From: Oopsacas minuta | Lineage: Eukaryota; Animalia; Porifera | DNA length: 64,000 nucleotides | Assembly (NCBI GenBank): GCA_024704765.1 | Contig: JAKMXF010000356.1 | Location: 62,001 to 126,000, forward strand | Direction of reading: 5' to 3' | Shown: one piece after another, positions 59,939-64,000 of the stretch | Position numbering within the stretch: position 1 is the first letter of the stretch | Layout: every line of letters begins with the position of its first letter | The notes under the pieces: generated by a model | Databases searched by the model: none | Told to the model about the DNA's origin: nothing | What the model saw: only the letters and a program-made list of their open reading frames with translations | Position numbers and translations under genes: made by a program

Positions 59939-62900
59939 CTAACAAATTGGAATCTTAACACCTAAGAAATTATAGGAATATATAATGTTTGTTTGTATGT
60001 ATGTTTGTTTGCTTATTTGTATGTTCGTATGTTTGTTTATTTGTTTATCTGTTTGTTTATCAGTTGTTTTATCACCTGATTTCCTATCCACAATAGATTT
60101 AAAATATTTCTTGGGTAACATTCCATTCTCATTTCCAGGACATAGAATTACATTATTGTCAGACAAGTAGAAGTGATACCCATCTGATTAATACAAATAC
60201 AAATAAATACAATAACATTCCATACAGCTATTTCTGTAACTACCTTGCATAGCTAATGCTAAATCAATCTGTATAACTACTTGGCAGCTAGCTCTCATTC
60301 CTATAATTAGATTATATATTACACAAGTTGAACTGGAACTATTAACTGGAACTAACCGCTTATTACGTCATCTGCTCCTGGCATACCTGGAGCGAAGTGT
60401 ATATGATTCCTACCCATCTTAGAGAGACCCTAAAATAACAAATCAAGTAGTAACACCTTAGTTACGTATTAACCCTGTTGGTATTTACATAAATACCTTG
60501 TATAGTATAGCTTGTATACATCTATTATATGTGCCATGTATAACCACAGGGTATTGAGTAGGATCTGTCACTTCTATTAGTTCCAATTCTATGCCCTAAG
60601 GAGACAGAGAGATTATTCATATTATAGCACCTTTGGAATGGGGACATAATATATAATCACATACTACACTCCTTAACGTGCTTCTGTGACGTGTTATGTC
60701 CCATTTCCATGGTTACCTCGTTGGTATTTGGCTACACCCCGATGATACGTCCAAGAATAGGGAGAAATTGAAGAAAATATTTATATGAACTATTCATGAG
60801 AACACTAATTTAATAACAATCTGATATCTACTCATATACCAATCCCTATCATGCAAGCAAACAAACAAACAAACAAACAAACAAACAAACAAAGAATCTA
60901 ATCAATAACAAGGTAGTCTATTTATTGATCGGAGAGAAGGAAGTTGGCAGCTAGTTCTTCATTCTTATCAAATGCGAAGTAAGCTTGTATTGCCATTTGT
61001 TCTGGAAATCCTAATGCCTTCAGTCGATCGATAGCTTCTTTCTCGCTAGAGGTCACAGTAAGGGTCGATTGTCCTCCAGCACCTGCAGGGGGTGCTTGTC
61101 CAACAGTTGGTTGCCCTGTGGGTGCATGACTAGGCCCTGAGTCTGGGGAGTTTATTAGTTCTCTAAATTGAGCTTCATTTTGGTGAATCAGCTGGAAGAG
61201 TTGAGGATTGGTCTCCTCTATTTGAGCAAGGATTTGATGTAAGGCTTGAGGATTTGTTTGCAGGACATTTCTCAGCTGTTGGAATTGAGGTTGTGACCGG
61301 AGGAACTCTAGGGTGTTATCCTGCGCCGCTGGAGTCACCCCCTGCGCCTGAGGGGGTCCCATCACACCTCCCTCTGTAGGCATAAAGAGCTCTTCCCCAC
61401 CTGTTAGAATTGCAGCTGCTATTTCCAATTTATTCTCGCATCGAGTAAGGACCTCTTCCACATGAGACCGAGGGATGGAATTACCCGTTAACTCCATAAG
61501 GTTATCTATCATCTCCTCTGCGGACTGTTGAGGAGCACTACTAGCACCCTGTGGAGGGTCAGGAGGGGCAGCTACATCCTCAGAGGGAGCAGCAGGAGAC
61601 GGAGGAGAAACTTGAGGCGCTGGTGCCAGCTCGGGGGCGGGGGCAGGTACTGGGGAGGGTTTTGGTTTAGAAACCATGACAACAATAAAACTAGCCTCAT
61701 TGAGACCCATCTCCTGAATTATTTCAGTATCCTTTAGAATTTTACCCTTGAATATGAGCTTCTGATTCTCAGCTGGGTATTCAACACCCAGAGTCTCTTG
61801 TATCTTACCCTTGAGGTCCAGTGAGGTAGCTGTACCCTCTATCTCAATTTTAATCGTCTGTTGCTTAACGGTCTTAACTGTTACACTAAGCATGCTAGCA
61901 ACCGATTGATGCGGGAATATGTAACTTTAGTGAATGAATCATATAATGCATGCGGAAGGGGCAGAGACACAAATAATTAATCATATCTACGCCTGCAATA
62001 TGTATAAAAGATATAAAATAAACCACAACAAATAAAAGTTAATGATAATTATCAAACAACTTCCTACGAATAGCAGATATATCCCTGTCACATTCCTAAT
62101 ACACATCCTAGCGTCCTCAGAAGTTAATTCAGGGAGGACATTTTGTTCCTCTGTTATATAAGATTTCTCAATTTGTGTATCCTCTGTTTCCTCGGTCTGT
62201 GGGGTGTATACTAGTCCCAGTTCCAATGGGGGTATAGTACCGGGGGAGGTCTCTATGGGTCCAGTTTAGCCTGTTTCTCTCAGATTAAGTATGTAAGTCT
62301 GTTGGATGCTTCCTCCATATATTGAAGCTACAGTCCCCCTTAACACCCCCTCACCTCTCTCCTGTCATGTCCCTCATCAGTTGTACCTAACAGCTGATCG
62401 ACATATCATCATAGCATATCCCACATCTGTAACTCTAGGATATAATCAACCGAATACTGACCTCAAAAAGGTGCTAAAGTTTATTGAATGAAATTCAAAT
62501 TAAATACTGAAAGAATAAGGAAAGATACCAGCAGGGTGTCTGCAATAAGGTGTAAATTGGTATGGGAGTACACGGGGGTGAAAAGTCACATATCTATGAC
62601 CAAAGGTGACAATTGTGCCAACCTATCAGATTAGATAATATGATATTCTATTTGCTTACGTATAAATTTTAACACCCTACAATAGATTAATAATACAACT
62701 GTGATCTCGTAACCTGTCAGTATTTGGGACATGCCATACACCTTAAAATGGTAACTAAGGATAATTTTAAAGGAATGCATCCTAATATGGTAACTAAGGA
62801 TTACTTTAATGGAATGTCCCTGATTAGCTCTGATCTGTAATAGTTCTGTGGTAGGATCTGTCCGTATAGAGAATCTCTGTTTATCATTCAAGGCTACTAC

Positions 62901-63213
62901 CGCCTTAACTTGCGCTATAGAATATTTCTTGAACTTAGGGAGAGACATCAATTCATCAAGATATATATAACCTCCTATTAATCTTGTGAATAACTAGTAA
63001 ACAACAACAAAATAGTTAACAAGTGTACTACCTGGTTGTGCCTTTAACCCTTCTTTCTCAAAATTGTGTCTTAATATGGAACTAAGTAATTTGGATAGTT
63101 TCACTTCCTCAGTTTCCTATAATTATACAAATTTGAATTGTATGATTTACAAATAAATAATATTTTGATAAACTGACTGGATAGCGGGATTTGTGTTTCC
63201 CTCCTGTAGCCAT
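59939..63213 (-). CDS. TRPT1: tRNA 2'-phosphotransferase (Tpt1/KptA), multi-exon, with a 2.2-kb intron 60596-62804
   Basis: Exons MATGGKHKSRYP | ETEEVKLSKLLSSILRH | ...NDKQRF...IRANQGHSIK | GIELE...VIHGT | GLSKMGRNHIHFA...DVIS | GMR...IDL | DGYHFYLSDNNVILCPGN. Confidence 0.92.
60922..61893 (-). CDS. RAD23: UV excision repair protein RAD23 (UBL-UBA-XPCB/STI1-UBA), intronless, nested in a TRPT1 intron
   Basis: UBL with QKLIFKGKILKD, LEFLRSQPQFQQLR...NPQAL..ILAQI...NPQL, and terminal EKEAIDRLKALGF...IQAYFA.DKNEELAANFLL. Confidence 0.93.
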   Translation of the reverse strand: MLSVTVKTVKQQTIKIEIEGTATSLDLKGKIQETLGVEYPAENQKLIFKGKILKDTEIIQEMGLNEASFIVVMVSKPKPSPVPAPAPELAPAPQVSPPSPAAPSEDVAAPPDPPQGASSAPQQSAEEMIDNLMELTGNSIPRSHVEEVLTRCENKLEIAAAILTGGEELFMPTEGGVMGPPQAQGVTPAAQDNTLEFLRSQPQFQQLRNVLQTNPQALHQILAQIEETNPQLFQLIHQNEAQFRELINSPDSGPSHAPTGQPTVGQAPPAGAGGQSTLTVTSSEKEAIDRLKALGFPEQMAIQAYFAFDKNEELAANFLLSDQ

Positions 63214-63376
63214 TAATAACTAATCATATGATAAACAGGTGCAGCAGGTAAACAATAACAATAATAGATGTAAAATAAACAAATAAACAACAAACAATAA
63301 TAGAATAAAACTGATCAAATAATTGAATAATCAAAATGAAAGAAAGAAGTGAATAAAGTTTGAGGAATATGATTGA

Positions 63377-64000
63377 CTAATATTTCGAGCTAAGTAACTC
63401 CCTGAATTGTGTAATCATCTCACGGAGGGTGGGAGTAATACTCATACCCTCGAGATCAGTTAGGTAGATAGGAATGTGGCCTGATAACCATTCTACAACA
63501 TGTCGTTTCTCAGTAACATTTAATATATTATGTGATGTCATAATATAAGAAGATAGTTTTAACACTATCTGGGGTATATACAGCTGAGCCTGATTGTCTA
63601 ACCAGAAAGCATCCTTAGAGAGGTACACCCTATGGTACTCATTGAGGAGACGGATGGGGGAGAGGCCTGCCTCCAGCAGACACATGAACAGGTGGGATTG
63701 ATCCAATTCGAGCTCGAAGGAACGTTGCTCCAGGAGAACTATAATGAAATGCAGAGGGAAATAGGTGTCACCTGATTGGTTGTACTTTACAGTCAATTCC
63801 TTAAGTTTACGTAATAGGCCTATTACGTCACCATCAGTTCTCTGCTGTTTAAACATTGTAGATATCATGTCAGTCCATAAATCCTCTACCAGACGGAGGT
63901 CCTGGTGTCCCGAGCTGTGGAGGATAGAGAGGCGCCATTCTGACAAGCCGAAAGGAGTAGCGAATTCCATATACAGCTTAGTGTTGTCAAGGAGAGATAG
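63377..64000 (-). CDS. NUP155: Nucleoporin Nup155/Nup170, 3' terminal part (continues beyond the window)
   Basis: LLDNTKLYMEFATPFGLSE..L.ILH.SGH.D..LVE.LW..., YFPLHFII.LLEQ, RLL..Y...Y.SKDAFW match the Nup155 C-terminus. Confidence 0.8.
   Translation of the reverse strand, partial: LSLLDNTKLYMEFATPFGLSEWRLSILHSSGHQDLRLVEDLWTDMISTMFKQQRTDGDVIGLLRKLKELTVKYNQSGDTYFPLHFIIVLLEQRSFELELDQSHLFMCLLEAGLSPIRLLNEYHRVYLSKDAFWLDNQAQLYIPQIVLKLSSYIMTSHNILNVTEKRHVVEWLSGHIPIYLTDLEGMSITPTLREMITQFRELLSSKY

Noticed and set aside
63977-63996. U12-like branch site TCCTTGAC plus AAG before NUP155 LYMEF
   Set aside because: The same bases read in frame as LSLLDNTKLY, matching the Nup155 ...MDITKLY motif, so this is coding sequence rather than an intron.

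Overview
AT-rich, gene-dense eukaryotic (animal) genomic DNA with short GT-AG introns and many intronic (AAAC)n/(GTTT)n tracts. The gene set and style suggest a basal metazoan, possibly a glass sponge; this is inference only. No prokaryotic features, CRISPR arrays, rRNA or convincing tRNA were found. Genes in order: three pepsin-family aspartic proteases (the middle one a pseudogene), tetraspanin, torsin, ALG11, MOSPD2, two head-to-head NHL-repeat genes in a 1540-bp inverted repeat, a KLHDC3-like kelch gene, glypican, a second tetraspanin, a MITE-rich gap, an intronless tandem-DED caspase, a TAX1BP1/NDP52-like gene, puromycin-sensitive aminopeptidase (bHLH ORF nested in an intron), a cluster of 3 genes plus 1 fragment of an unrecognised family, a myristoylation-motif fascin-like beta-trefoil gene, USP36/42, a 612-bp near-perfect palindrome, vasohibin (with a U12-type intron), a proteinase K-like subtilase, TRPT1 (intronless RAD23 nested in an intron) and the 3' end of NUP155. 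Most notable: (1) the NHL pair differs at only 6 nt, all nonsynonymous and all in the propeller; (2) the orphan-domain cluster at 42-48 kb; (3) the 612-bp hairpin with a 1-nt loop; (4) two same-strand nested intronless genes; (5) a minor-spliceosome intron; (6) an over-represented TT(A/C)ACACCT motif, often just upstream of 3' splice sites. Alignments and counts were done by eye.
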